NCBI GenBank assembly: GCA_942493375.1
Contig: OW818698.1
Coordinates: forward strand, 6,255,465-6,319,464
Source of the DNA: Abditibacteriota bacterium
Lineage (GTDB): Bacteria > Armatimonadota > UBA5829
Direction: 5' to 3'
Length of the DNA: 64,000 bases
The position numbers and the translations under genes are program-made. Shown in pieces: positions 37,154 through 47,299 of this stretch. The notes beneath the pieces are model-generated. The model saw only the letters and a list, made by a program, of their open reading frames with translations, was not told the DNA's origin and did not search any database. Every line of letters starts with the position of its first letter. The first letter of the stretch is position 1.

Positions 37154-38125
37154 ATGAAGCGTATTGCCGTTATGACCAGTGGTGGTGATTCACCTGGTAT
37201 GAACGCTGCGATTAGGGCAGTAGTCCGTTGTGGTATGGGTGTTGGTGCTGATGTGTACGGGATCAAACGCGGATATGCCGGGCTCATGGAAAATGATATA
37301 ATTGAGCTCGATTCCAGAATGGTCGGTGGATGCATACGAAGCGGCGGGACCATTCTTCTCAGCGCCAGGTCAAAGGAATTTACCACCGAAGCGGGGCAGT
37401 GCAAAGCTATGGACGTGCTGCATGGCTGGGGAATAGAAGGATTGGTCGTTATCGGTGGAGACGGGTCTTTGAATGGCGCTAACGCACTCTCGAAGCGCGG
37501 CTTTCCAGTTGTTGGTATCCCTGCATCGATAGACAACGACATTGCTGAAACTGAAATGTCGCTTGGGGTAGATACTGCTCTGGATACAATACTGGGTGCA
37601 GTGGACCGTATTAAAGATACAGCCAGCGCTCATCAGAGGGCTTTCATAATAGAAGTAATGGGCCGTCGACACGGATATCTCGCCCTGGCAACAGGCATAG
37701 CCGGTGGAGCTGAGATGGTTGTGCTTCCGGACAGTGTTGTGGACAAGGAAACAGTTGTAAAGGCCGTAAAGTCTGCATTCTTCCGCGGTAAACCTCATTT
37801 TATTATAATTGCAGCTGAAGGTGCATCCAGTCCAGAAAAGAGTATTACCAATCTTTTGATGGATTATGTGACTGAAGCTGGACACGAACCCAGGTGTACA
37901 GTCCTTGGACATGTACAGCGCGGTGGTAGTCCGACCTGCTACGATCGGCTTCTTGGCACTCGATTAGGTGCTGGCGCAGTAGACTGCCTTATGGCTGGTC
38001 AGACTGGTGTTATGGTTGGGGTGCAGGCTGGTAATATCGTTGCAACCGACCTTGATAAAGTTCTCTCAGAAAGTCCCGCACTAAATGCGGATTTACTAAA
38101 ACTTACAACTCCTCTCGCGATGTAG
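37154..38125 (+). CDS. pfkA: ATP-dependent 6-phosphofructokinase
   Basis: MKRIAVMTSGGDSPGMNAAIRAVVR... GGDGSL ... MGR motifs; 323 aa. Confidence 0.85.
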   Translation: MKRIAVMTSGGDSPGMNAAIRAVVRCGMGVGADVYGIKRGYAGLMENDIIELDSRMVGGCIRSGGTILLSARSKEFTTEAGQCKAMDVLHGWGIEGLVVIGGDGSLNGANALSKRGFPVVGIPASIDNDIAETEMSLGVDTALDTILGAVDRIKDTASAHQRAFIIEVMGRRHGYLALATGIAGGAEMVVLPDSVVDKETVVKAVKSAFFRGKPHFIIIAAEGASSPEKSITNLLMDYVTEAGHEPRCTVLGHVQRGGSPTCYDRLLGTRLGAGAVDCLMAGQTGVMVGVQAGNIVATDLDKVLSESPALNADLLKLTTPLAM

Positions 38126-38137
38126 GAAAGGATCGAT

Positions 38138-39559
38138 ATGAAATCTTCTCCCAGTCCAGGTAATAGCATTAGAATACGTGTCAGGCATGCCAGCGATACG
38201 ACTTCGTTCGCAGCATTAGTGTCTGCGATATCCGGAGTCGATGGCCAGGTTGGCGCTGTTGACATAGTTGAATCCGGACGCACCCATATCATCAGGGATG
38301 TTACAGTCAATACCACTGGAGATGCCCATGTGAAGAGCATCGAAGCAGCAGTGCGTGCCTTGGTTGGTATCGAAGTGCTTGCTATAGATGATTGCACATT
38401 CAAAATGCATGAAGGCGGCAAGTTGGATATGGTTTCCCGGAGCCCTCTCAAGGACTACGTTGACCTTTCCATGGCATATACGCCCGGTGTCGCCAGAGTC
38501 TGCACAGCCATACAGGAAAATCCAGCGCTTGCCCGTGATTACACGATAAGGCGTTCGATGGTTGCTGTGATTACTGATGGGACAGCTGTTCTTGGCCTTG
38601 GGAACATCGGTGCTATGGCTGCACTGCCCGTTATGGAAGGGAAAGCGGTTCTGTTTAAGGAGTTTGGCGGGGTCAATTCATTTCCTATATGCGTAGACAC
38701 CAAGGATCCTGAAGTCCTGTTGGAGACAGCCAGAGCTATCGCAGTGACATTTGGTGGAATTAACCTGGAAGACATCGCAGCGCCTGTGTGCTTTGATATA
38801 GAGCGCAGACTTACACAATTGGTGGACATTCCGGTTTTCCATGATGACCAGCACGGCACAGCAGTGGTTGTAGGTGCGGCGTTTATTAACTCAGTCAAAG
38901 TCACCGGATACAAACCAGCGGACATAACTTGCGTTGTGTGCGGAGCAGGTGCAGCTGGTGTTGCCTGCACAAGAGCACTTCTTGATCTTGGGGTAGGGGA
39001 TATAATCGTCTGTGACCGTCAGGGAGCTATATTCCGAGGGCGTGATGGACTCTCTCCTTCCAAGAACTGGTTGGCAGAGAATACCAACCGTGAGAACAAG
39101 AGCGGCAGCCTGCAGGAAGTCCTCAAAGGCGCTAACATGTTCCTCGGATTGTCCGGGCCTAATCTATTGACTGGTGATGATGTCAGGACAATGGCAGAGA
39201 AGCCGATTGTGTTCGCTCTTTCGAATCCTACTCCTGAGGTTCCTCCGGAGGCAATTAGTGACTATGCATCAGTGATTGCGACAGGCAGGTCGGATTACCC
39301 TAACCAGATAAACAACGTACTCTGTTTCCCTGGTCTTTTCAGAGGCTTGATGGAGTCTGGCGTCAAGATGGTTACCCGGGAGATGATGACGGCAGCTGCA
39401 CGGGCGATTGCTGCCTGTGTGAGTGATGCTGAACTGTCACCTGGTTGTGTTATACCAAGTGCATTTAACAAGTCCGTTGGTGAGTCTGTATGTGCTGCGG
39501 TCATGAACCTGGCTGCTGATCCTACAGCTCCCAAGACTCCTATTTACTTTGAGTTTTAA
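38138..39559 (+). CDS. NAD(P)-dependent malic enzyme with N-terminal ACT-like domain
   Basis: YTPGVARVC...VITDGTAVLGLGNIG...VFHDDQHGTAVV...VCGAGAAGVA. It is preceded by an ~90-aa ACT-like N-terminus. Confidence 0.8.
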   Translation: MKSSPSPGNSIRIRVRHASDTTSFAALVSAISGVDGQVGAVDIVESGRTHIIRDVTVNTTGDAHVKSIEAAVRALVGIEVLAIDDCTFKMHEGGKLDMVSRSPLKDYVDLSMAYTPGVARVCTAIQENPALARDYTIRRSMVAVITDGTAVLGLGNIGAMAALPVMEGKAVLFKEFGGVNSFPICVDTKDPEVLLETARAIAVTFGGINLEDIAAPVCFDIERRLTQLVDIPVFHDDQHGTAVVVGAAFINSVKVTGYKPADITCVVCGAGAAGVACTRALLDLGVGDIIVCDRQGAIFRGRDGLSPSKNWLAENTNRENKSGSLQEVLKGANMFLGLSGPNLLTGDDVRTMAEKPIVFALSNPTPEVPPEAISDYASVIATGRSDYPNQINNVLCFPGLFRGLMESGVKMVTREMMTAAARAIAACVSDAELSPGCVIPSAFNKSVGESVCAAVMNLAADPTAPKTPIYFEF

Positions 39560-40773
39560 TGGCTCAATACAATCGTTTGAAAGTTATCGTATGCCCCGAT
39601 TCATTCAAAGGCAGCCTCAGTTCTTCTGAGGCTGCTGATGCTATTGAACGGGGCATATTGGCGTGTGGTTCCTCATTTCCCGTTGAAGTGGTTAAGGTTC
39701 CCCTTGCTGATGGTGGTGAAGGAACGGCTGAAGTGCTTCTGCAGGCTCTTGGCGGGCGGTTTGTGGAAGTAGATGTCCACGACCCATTGATGCGTCCTAT
39801 GCGGGCATCCTATGCGCTTTCAGCAGACGGGAAGACCGCAATAGTTGAGATGGCAACTGCTTCCGGGTTGTGCCTGCTTAAGGAAAACGAAAGAGATCCC
39901 AGGATAACTACCACATTTGGCACAGGGGAACTGATATCTGCAGCACAAAAATCCGGAGTTGAGCGGATATTAGTGTGCATCGGCGGTAGTGCAACGAATG
40001 ATGGCGGGAGTGGAGTCGCATCTGCGCTGGGTGTTAGATTTCTTGATGCTTCCGGCAAAGAGTTACCTTATGGGGGAGCATCACTAGCTGGTTTGGATCG
40101 CATTGATATGAGTGGATTCATCTTTCCTGCTGGTGATGTGGCAGTAACTGTGGCGTGTGATGTTACGAATCCTCTTACCGGCCCTAATGGTGCATCTGCT
40201 ATTTATGGACCGCAAAAAGGTGCGGACACGCAGATGGTCTCAGAATTGGATGCTGCTCTTTCTCGATATGGTGCAGTAGTTGAAGGTGAATTGGGTGTCA
40301 GTGTAGTTAATATGCCTGGTGCAGGGGCGGCAGGTGGTCTTGGAGCTGGATTGGCAGCGTTCTTTGGAGCTGAACTGAGGTCTGGGATAGATATGGTGTT
40401 GGATGCTGTTGGGTTTGATGAAATGCTGTCTGATGCTGATCTGGTGATCACTGGTGAGGGTTGTATAGATAGCCAGACTGCATCTGGCAAGGTGATTGGT
40501 GGAATCCTCAATAGAGCCCAGCGGTTACATGTTCCTGTGGTCGCTTTTGGAGGTAAGGTGGAGGTTGTGCCGGAGTTGTATGAATCCGGTCTTGTAGCTG
40601 CATTCCCCATAGCTTCGGGTCCGATGAGCCTTTTTGACTCCATAAGTTCTGCGAAACAGCTTTTGGAAAGCGCTGCTGAAAGAGTTTTCAGACTTTCATC
40701 AGTTTTTTTGAAAAAAAATAAATGTTCCGGTAATGATGCTGGGAGTCAAACGTCTAGCATTAATAATGGTTGA
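39559..40773 (+). CDS. Glycerate kinase
   Basis: MAQYNRLKVIVCPDSFKGSLSSSEAADAI...LADGGEGT...VITGEGCIDSQTASGKV (GlxK/GarK family). Confidence 0.8.
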   Translation: MAQYNRLKVIVCPDSFKGSLSSSEAADAIERGILACGSSFPVEVVKVPLADGGEGTAEVLLQALGGRFVEVDVHDPLMRPMRASYALSADGKTAIVEMATASGLCLLKENERDPRITTTFGTGELISAAQKSGVERILVCIGGSATNDGGSGVASALGVRFLDASGKELPYGGASLAGLDRIDMSGFIFPAGDVAVTVACDVTNPLTGPNGASAIYGPQKGADTQMVSELDAALSRYGAVVEGELGVSVVNMPGAGAAGGLGAGLAAFFGAELRSGIDMVLDAVGFDEMLSDADLVITGEGCIDSQTASGKVIGGILNRAQRLHVPVVAFGGKVEVVPELYESGLVAAFPIASGPMSLFDSISSAKQLLESAAERVFRLSSVFLKKNKCSGNDAGSQTSSINNG

Positions 40774-40913
40774 GAGAAGTTGCAGCATATACTGTATGAA
40801 TGTTTGCTGCATATATGCTCATCATTTATCTGTTAGTTTGTAAACGAATTGTAGTGTCTGGTATAATCTTGACGGCGGGCTCAGAACTGCCCAAGGACTA
40901 TAGGTGAGGTGTT

Positions 40914-41561
40914 TTGATGTTGAGTGCGCGCAAGTTGGCGTTGTTATGTGTATTGGCTGCTGTCGGAGCAATGCTCTCTTCAGTAGTGTGGTCTGCTCCG
41001 GCTGATATTAAAATTGCAGTAGTAGATATCACTCGAATCCGCAAAGATTCTCCTAGACTGAAACAGTATGATGCTAATTTTGCAAAGATTCAGTCTGAAC
41101 TACAAGCTGAACTGGACATCAGAGGCAGTCACTTACTCTTGGACGAAGCTAAAATAAAGGCATATATCGCCCTCAAACAAAAGGGACAGACTGCTACAGA
41201 TGCGGATAATGCAGCGATGAAAGCTACAGATGCTGAGCAGGCAGCTTTGGATACTGAGCTGAAGACACTCCAGCAGACTCCGACTCCTGATGACACACAG
41301 AAAGCGCGTCAGAAGGCATTGATGGATACACTTCAGAAGAACAAAGCAACTGCAGAAATGTTCGTGAAGGATTCTCAGGGAATACTACAGGGCAAGGGTG
41401 ATGAACTCAGTGCCAAGATAGAAGCTGATATATTAACTGCTGTCAAAGAAGCTGCCATTGCCAGATCATTCACTTATGTTTATGACAAGGGTGCACTCCT
41501 GTATGGTGGTACTGATCTGACTGACGATGTTATAAAGCGTTTACCAAGCAAAGCAGACTAG
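40914..41561 (+). CDS. Periplasmic chaperone Skp/OmpH family
   Basis: Signal peptide, KIAVVDITRIRKDSP start, coiled-coil middle, C-terminus ...ARSFTYVYDKGALLYGGTDLTDDV. Confidence 0.65.
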   Translation: MMLSARKLALLCVLAAVGAMLSSVVWSAPADIKIAVVDITRIRKDSPRLKQYDANFAKIQSELQAELDIRGSHLLLDEAKIKAYIALKQKGQTATDADNAAMKATDAEQAALDTELKTLQQTPTPDDTQKARQKALMDTLQKNKATAEMFVKDSQGILQGKGDELSAKIEADILTAVKEAAIARSFTYVYDKGALLYGGTDLTDDVIKRLPSKAD

Positions 41562-41641
41562 CTCTCTTTGTTCATTGCACAATACATATCCAGTTTGTGT
41601 GAATAATGTGGATTAAGTGAATAGCTTGTATTGTATATTCT

Positions 41642-41676
41642 GCCCTCCGGCGTTGCCGGAGGGATGTTTTGCTGTT
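41642..41676 (+). terminator. Rho-independent terminator after the skp-like gene
   Basis: CCCTCCGGCGTTGCCGGAGGG followed by ATGTTTTGCTGTTTGG. Confidence 0.65.
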
Positions 41677-41759
41677 TGGACTGTATTATTCATAGGTGAT
41701 TGTGTTCAGTCATACGGGCTAACATATGGAACCCGGGGTGGGTTGTGAAACGACTCTGG

Positions 41760-42851
41760 ATGATAACTTTAGCATTAACATTGTTTGGTGTGGGCATCGG
41801 GATCGTTCTTGTTACCATGTTCCGTCCCAAACCGATCATTCGGAGTATCCAAAGAGAGACGGTATATGTCGATATAGCCAGGCTGTTAGAATTGCATCCG
41901 CAATCTAGACTGGTTGCTGATATGAATAAAATGGCGTCAGGAATGTTTGTTGCGAAAGAATTCCAGACACCGGCTGTGGATTCCCAAGTTGAAGCTCAGG
42001 CTGCAATGCCTGAAGGCATTAGTGCGGAAGTAGCGGCTAAAGTCCGTGAAGCAATGAGCGTGCAGGTTCTGGGAGAAGCGGACAAAGCATTGACTCTTTG
42101 GGAGAAAGACCGAAAGAAGTCGTTGAGTGTTCGTCTTGCATGGAACCGGAAAAATATGATGAGCCGTGCTCAGGATGCAATCTGGTTCAACAAGAACGAT
42201 ATTTATAACCGTGCCGGCGATCAGTTGATGGATGTTGAACGAAAATATGGCTTCAACATGCTCAACAAAAGGCTTGTTAAAAAGCAGCTGGAAATCGCCA
42301 GTGATATTCACGGATACAAGCCTCCGGACATACCTGTGAGGTTAGAGACTGTCAAGGAAGAGCTGAATGCTCTTGGAAAACAGTATATAGGTGAGCAGCA
42401 GACTATTGATGCCTGGATGCAGGGAGAGATAGATAGAGTCCGCAGTGAGACTATGGCGGATGTTAACTCTTCCCTTTCAAGAGAGAGGGTAAGATCAACA
42501 GTTGCAATTCAAGCGGATGTGCAAAAAGCAAGGGCACGTATAAGTAGTAGATTAGAATCGGTCAACAGTGCGAAACCGAAACGTCTATTAGTACTACCGG
42601 ACGTTGCAACTGATGTGATAGTAAGGGTAAGACCTGTATTAGTCAGGAAAGATGTCGAAAAGATTGATATGTCGGGATTGGCGAAATCAACTCTCGATAT
42701 CCAAAAGCGCATTAGAGACGATGTTCGTTCAGTTGTAACGGATGAAGCAAAGAGTTTGGGCGTGAAGGTGGTCTTTGACAGGTCTCAAGCTGTTGGGGCA
42801 AGGGATATGACTGCAGATTTCGCTCAGTTGATTAACAATAATGTGTGGTGA
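41760..42851 (+). CDS. Membrane-anchored coiled-coil protein, possible second OmpH-like/hypothetical
   Basis: N-terminal TM helix MITLALTLFGVGIGIVLV, then a predicted helical region. Start uncertain. Confidence 0.35.
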   Translation: MITLALTLFGVGIGIVLVTMFRPKPIIRSIQRETVYVDIARLLELHPQSRLVADMNKMASGMFVAKEFQTPAVDSQVEAQAAMPEGISAEVAAKVREAMSVQVLGEADKALTLWEKDRKKSLSVRLAWNRKNMMSRAQDAIWFNKNDIYNRAGDQLMDVERKYGFNMLNKRLVKKQLEIASDIHGYKPPDIPVRLETVKEELNALGKQYIGEQQTIDAWMQGEIDRVRSETMADVNSSLSRERVRSTVAIQADVQKARARISSRLESVNSAKPKRLLVLPDVATDVIVRVRPVLVRKDVEKIDMSGLAKSTLDIQKRIRDDVRSVVTDEAKSLGVKVVFDRSQAVGARDMTADFAQLINNNVW

Positions 42852-42872
42852 CGCACAGATGAAACGAGTATT

Positions 42873-43946
42873 ATGGACCAATTTTCTGCCACAATTGCAG
42901 AGCTAGCCGAAATGGTTGGCGGAGTTGTCGAAGGTGAATCTGATACGCTGATCACCGGCGTGGCTGTTGTTGAGGATGCTGAAGAGGGTGATCTTGTAAT
43001 TGCAGATCGTGACCCTTATTTCTCCAAAGCCATGACCTCCGCTGCCTGCTGTATTTTAACCGGGCATAATTCTAGTCATTCGAAAAATGGCAAGTCTCTC
43101 CTTCGGACTGATAATCCTCAGGAAGCCTTTATGAAATTGTTGAAGGTTTACGGTGGAGAAGAGATATTGCCCAAATCCGGTATCGCTGCTGGTGCAGTTG
43201 TAGAAGAAGATGTAACGCTGGGAGAAAATGTTTCCATAGGCGCCAATTGTTTTGTTGGACGAGGCAGTGTAATTGGATCCGGGACAGTTATCTATCCGAA
43301 CGCTTACGTTGGTGAGCAGGTTGTTATCGGTAAGGACTGCCGTATTTATCCCAATGTTACTATATACAGATCATGCTGCATTGGAAGCAGAGTTACTTTG
43401 CATGCAGGCGGCGTTATAGGTGGAGACGGATTCGGATTTAAGTCCTGCGGTGAGAGTGGTCTGCTTAAGTATCCACATATCGGTTCGGTAGAGATTGGTG
43501 ACGATGTTGAGATCGGCGCTAATTCGACCATAGACAGAGCCAAGACCGGTAAGACTGTCATTGGCAGTGGAACAAAGATTGATAATCTAGTGCATATAGC
43601 ACACAACGTAAAGATTGGTAAGAATTGCGTGGTTGTGGCTCAGACCGGAGTTGCAGGTAGTGCCCATATTGGTGATGGTGTTACTTTGGCGGCTCAGTCA
43701 GGGGTCAAAGACCATGTTGATATAGGTTCATCTGCAGTTATAGCAGCTAGATCCGGAGTAATTGGGAACGTCCAGAGTGGGGCGGTCGTATCGGGTTTTC
43801 CAGCTAGAGATCACAGGCACGAAATGCGGGTTGAAGCAGCGCGGCTTCATCTGCCCGAAATGATGAAACGGCTTCGCGCACTTGAAAAAGAATTCGAGTT
43901 GCTGCGAGGCCAGGATGTTGACGGGCGGGAGGATGAAATAGAATGA
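42873..43946 (+). CDS. lpxD: UDP-3-O-(3-hydroxyacyl)glucosamine N-acyltransferase
   Basis: Left-handed beta-helix hexapeptide repeats. C-terminus [27 protein letters not shown]. Confidence 0.85.
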   Translation: MDQFSATIAELAEMVGGVVEGESDTLITGVAVVEDAEEGDLVIADRDPYFSKAMTSAACCILTGHNSSHSKNGKSLLRTDNPQEAFMKLLKVYGGEEILPKSGIAAGAVVEEDVTLGENVSIGANCFVGRGSVIGSGTVIYPNAYVGEQVVIGKDCRIYPNVTIYRSCCIGSRVTLHAGGVIGGDGFGFKSCGESGLLKYPHIGSVEIGDDVEIGANSTIDRAKTGKTVIGSGTKIDNLVHIAHNVKIGKNCVVVAQTGVAGSAHIGDGVTLAAQSGVKDHVDIGSSAVIAARSGVIGNVQSGAVVSGFPARDHRHEMRVEAARLHLPEMMKRLRALEKEFELLRGQDVDGREDEIE

Positions 43947-44818
43947 CACCAGCAATAGCCGACGTTTACGTATTACCGGCCGAACAACGCATATCTACAT
44001 ATCGTGACCCAAAGATACAGACGACTCTGAAGGATAGTATTCATTTAAGCGGAGTTGGTCTGCATAGTGGGGAAAAGACACATCTGACCATAAGACCTGC
44101 GCGAAGTGGGTCTGGGATTGTTTTCACTAATGGTAATGTAATAGTTCCTGCATTGGCTAAATATGTTGTGGATACTTCCAGAGGAACAACCATCGGTCTA
44201 GATGGAGTCTGTTTCCGGACTATTGAGCATGTAATGGGAGCTCTGAGTGGTCTGGGAGTGGATAACGCATTGATTGAGATGAGTGGGTCTGAAACGCCGG
44301 CAATGGACGGCAGTGCCTGCCAATTAGCCCAGATGATTGAGTCTGCGGGTATGATCGAACTTGGTGACACTCGCAAGGCAATCAATCTGACTGAACCTGT
44401 ATGTGTGCAGTCGGGGGATTCATTTATTCTTGCTGTTCCGGCTGATGAGTTTCGCATGACTTATGTGCTTCGATATGATCATCCTCTGATAGGTGCCCAG
44501 AGTCTTACTTATGTGCTTTCTGAAGATAATTTCTCACGCGAAATCGCGCCTTCACGGACATTCGTGCTGTATGAAGAGGTTGCTGCTCTACTTGATATGC
44601 AACTGGCGCGTGGTGGAAGCATAGATAACGTTATAGTTTTTTGGCAGGATCATACCAGCACGGAACTGAGGTTCCCTGATGAGTTGGTTCGCCATAAAAT
44701 GTTGGATATGGTTGGTGATTTCGCACTTTTAGGTGGCAGGCTGAATGCCGAAGTGCTTGCAGTGAGATCCGGTCACCGACTTAATGTTGAGTTTGCAAAG
44801 GCCGTTACGGCTTTATAA
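43943..44818 (+). CDS. lpxC: UDP-3-O-acyl-N-acetylglucosamine deacetylase
   Basis: [26 protein letters not shown]...[21 protein letters not shown]. Confidence 0.85.
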   Translation: MTPAIADVYVLPAEQRISTYRDPKIQTTLKDSIHLSGVGLHSGEKTHLTIRPARSGSGIVFTNGNVIVPALAKYVVDTSRGTTIGLDGVCFRTIEHVMGALSGLGVDNALIEMSGSETPAMDGSACQLAQMIESAGMIELGDTRKAINLTEPVCVQSGDSFILAVPADEFRMTYVLRYDHPLIGAQSLTYVLSEDNFSREIAPSRTFVLYEEVAALLDMQLARGGSIDNVIVFWQDHTSTELRFPDELVRHKMLDMVGDFALLGGRLNAEVLAVRSGHRLNVEFAKAVTAL

Positions 44819-44829
44819 TTGGGGGTTGC

Positions 44830-45321
44830 ATGGAATATCTATACGATTGCGAGGAAATTCGCGGTATTTTACCACACCGTTATCCGTTTTTATTAGTGGA
44901 CAGGATAACAGAACTTGTTCCGGATAAAAGTATCCGTGGATATAAGAATGTTACTATTAATGAAGAGTTTTTCCAGGGACACTTCCCTGGTCATGCTGTT
45001 ATGCCTGGGGTGCTTGTTTTAGAAGCTATGGCACAGGTTGGCGGTGTTTTGCTGCTTTCTGTTGAAGGCAATAAGGGTAAGCTTGCTTATTTTGCCGGTA
45101 TGGACAGAGTTAAGTTCAGAAAACCTGTGTTGCCAGGCGATACTCTAGTAACAGATATCGAATTGCTTGCCCGAAAAGGCAACATCGGAAAAGTCCGTGC
45201 AGTTGCCAGAGTCGAAGGCAGCGTCGTATGCGAGGGTGAGTTCATGTTCGCTCTCGTAGAGCGGGAAAGATCGACCAGACGAAAAGGCGACACTACTCCC
45301 ACAGGAACAGAGCAGGTTTAG
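44830..45321 (+). CDS. fabZ: 3-hydroxyacyl-ACP dehydratase
   Basis: [14 protein letters not shown]...[23 protein letters not shown]. Confidence 0.9.
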   Translation: MEYLYDCEEIRGILPHRYPFLLVDRITELVPDKSIRGYKNVTINEEFFQGHFPGHAVMPGVLVLEAMAQVGGVLLLSVEGNKGKLAYFAGMDRVKFRKPVLPGDTLVTDIELLARKGNIGKVRAVARVEGSVVCEGEFMFALVERERSTRRKGDTTPTGTEQV

Positions 45322-45326
45322 CTACA

Positions 45327-46136
45327 ATGAGTGAATCTTTGACGCAAATACATCCAACGGCCATTATTGAGCCGTCGGTCGAACTTGGCGAGGGAGTGAT
45401 CGTCGGCGCATACAGCATCATTCGTGGTGATGTAAAGATCGGTGACCGGACTCGCATAGAGCCCCACGTTGTAATCGAGGGACATACTACCATTGGTGTG
45501 GATAATGTGTTCCATCCGGGCAGCGTGATCGGTGGTCCTCCTCAGGACTACGGTTACAAGGGTGAAGTCAGTTTTGTAAAGATTGGCGACAAGAACATAT
45601 TCAGAGAATGTGTAACTGTCCACCGTGCCAGTGGTGAGGGTGAATCGACTGTTGTTGGTGATGCCAATATGCTGATGGCATATTGTCATGTAGGACACAA
45701 CTGTACACTCGGCAGCCACATCACCATGGCTAATACAGTCGGTATCAGTGGCCACACTGTGGTTGAGGACAATGTTGTGTTTGGTGGGATGACAGGCATA
45801 CACCAGAAACTGCGTGTTGGAAAACTAGCTATGGTTGGAGGATTCTCCAAGATAGTCCAGGATGTCCCACCATTCTCAATGGTTGATGGTCGCCCTGGTA
45901 GAGTTTTGGACATTAATGTTGTCGGACTCAGACGCAATAACATTCCGACCAAGTCCAGGACAGATATCAGAAAAGCTTACAAGATCCTTTACAGGTCTGA
46001 TCTCAATGCGACTCAGGCTTTAGAGAGGATTGAAAAGGAGTTGGAGATCACTCCGGAGATCAGCTACCTCATCGAGTTTATCAAGAAGATAAGACTCGGA
46101 GCGCGCGGTCGCCAGCTGGAGACTCCCAGGCTCTAG
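45327..46136 (+). CDS. lpxA: UDP-N-acetylglucosamine O-acyltransferase
   Basis: IHPTAIIEPSVELGEGVIVGAYSIIRGDVKIGDRTRI hexapeptide repeats and the LpxA C-terminal helical domain. Confidence 0.85.
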   Translation: MSESLTQIHPTAIIEPSVELGEGVIVGAYSIIRGDVKIGDRTRIEPHVVIEGHTTIGVDNVFHPGSVIGGPPQDYGYKGEVSFVKIGDKNIFRECVTVHRASGEGESTVVGDANMLMAYCHVGHNCTLGSHITMANTVGISGHTVVEDNVVFGGMTGIHQKLRVGKLAMVGGFSKIVQDVPPFSMVDGRPGRVLDINVVGLRRNNIPTKSRTDIRKAYKILYRSDLNATQALERIEKELEITPEISYLIEFIKKIRLGARGRQLETPRL

Positions 46137-47299
46137 TGAAAAAGTACTCCATCGCTCTTTCCGCCGGTGAAGCTTCCGGTGATCTGCACGGCAGCAATCT
46201 TGTCAGAGAACTGACAAACAGACTTGAACCCGGCACGTCCTTTTGGGGCGGTGGCGGAGAGCGAATGAATCAAGCCGGGGTAAACCTGGTGGTGAATACG
46301 TCCGGTGGTGGGACCATTGGTGTCTTTGAGACACTGGCCTCCATGCCGGGCGTTTTTGCGAAATATCACAGGCTGCGGAAAGAGTTGATCTCGAAAAAGC
46401 CTGACCTCTTTATTCCCATAGACTTTGGGGCGTTCAATATAAGGCTTGCCCGAATAGCTTTTGAGAACGGGATTGATGTGGTCTATTATATCCCTCCTGG
46501 ATCCTGGAGACATACAGTCAAAGGGGCAGATGGGCTCAAAGCCTGTGGAGGAAAGGTTGTGACCCCATTCCCGTGGTCATTTGAAGGGCTTAAGGCGCAG
46601 GGCATTGATGTCCGCTGGCCTGGCCATCCTCTGCTTGATATTGTTAGCCCTACGTGCTCTAAACAGGAGTTCTGCAAGCAAAACGGGATTAAGGGGAGGA
46701 TTGTTGGCCTGTTTCCCGGCAGCCGCTCCCACGAGATTGGTTCGCATCTGATTCCACTCCTGAAATGCGCAGATATAATGACCCGTGAGATTGGGAATGT
46801 CAGTTTTGTTATGGGAGCAGCTTCTAATTCGTCTGCGCTACAGGCTAGAATTGATGCCTACCTGCGAACGCTTGGAAGTCAGGCTAGAGTGGTTGTCCTT
46901 GAAAACAGGACCTATGACTGTATGGCATTTTCAGATTTTGCAGTTGTTACGTCGGGCACGGCTACCCTTGAAGCTGCGATATTGGATACTCCTATGGTAA
47001 TAATCTACCGAGGAACTCCTATTATGCGATTTGAATTTCTCTTCCGCAAGGGTGTTATCGAGAGCTTTATAGGACTGCCGAATATCATTGCCGGGTCTAT
47101 GATTGCTCCTGAGATGCTTGGAGCTGAAGTGACCGGCGAGAGCCTGGCAGCTATGGCTTTGAGCATCTTGAATGATAAAAACTGGCAACAGAGTATGAAA
47201 AGTGATTATGCCAAAGTGAGGGAGCTACTTGGTGGCAAGGGTTCTCTTGGCAGGGCAGCAGAGGCAGTGATTGAACTGGCCGGAATGGAAAGCAGATAA
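46136..47299 (+). CDS. lpxB: Lipid-A-disaccharide synthase (GTG start)
   Basis: KYSIALSAGEASGDLHGSNLVRELT... GT-B fold. The start overlaps the lpxA stop. Confidence 0.8.
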   Translation: MKKYSIALSAGEASGDLHGSNLVRELTNRLEPGTSFWGGGGERMNQAGVNLVVNTSGGGTIGVFETLASMPGVFAKYHRLRKELISKKPDLFIPIDFGAFNIRLARIAFENGIDVVYYIPPGSWRHTVKGADGLKACGGKVVTPFPWSFEGLKAQGIDVRWPGHPLLDIVSPTCSKQEFCKQNGIKGRIVGLFPGSRSHEIGSHLIPLLKCADIMTREIGNVSFVMGAASNSSALQARIDAYLRTLGSQARVVVLENRTYDCMAFSDFAVVTSGTATLEAAILDTPMVIIYRGTPIMRFEFLFRKGVIESFIGLPNIIAGSMIAPEMLGAEVTGESLAAMALSILNDKNWQQSMKSDYAKVRELLGGKGSLGRAAEAVIELAGMESR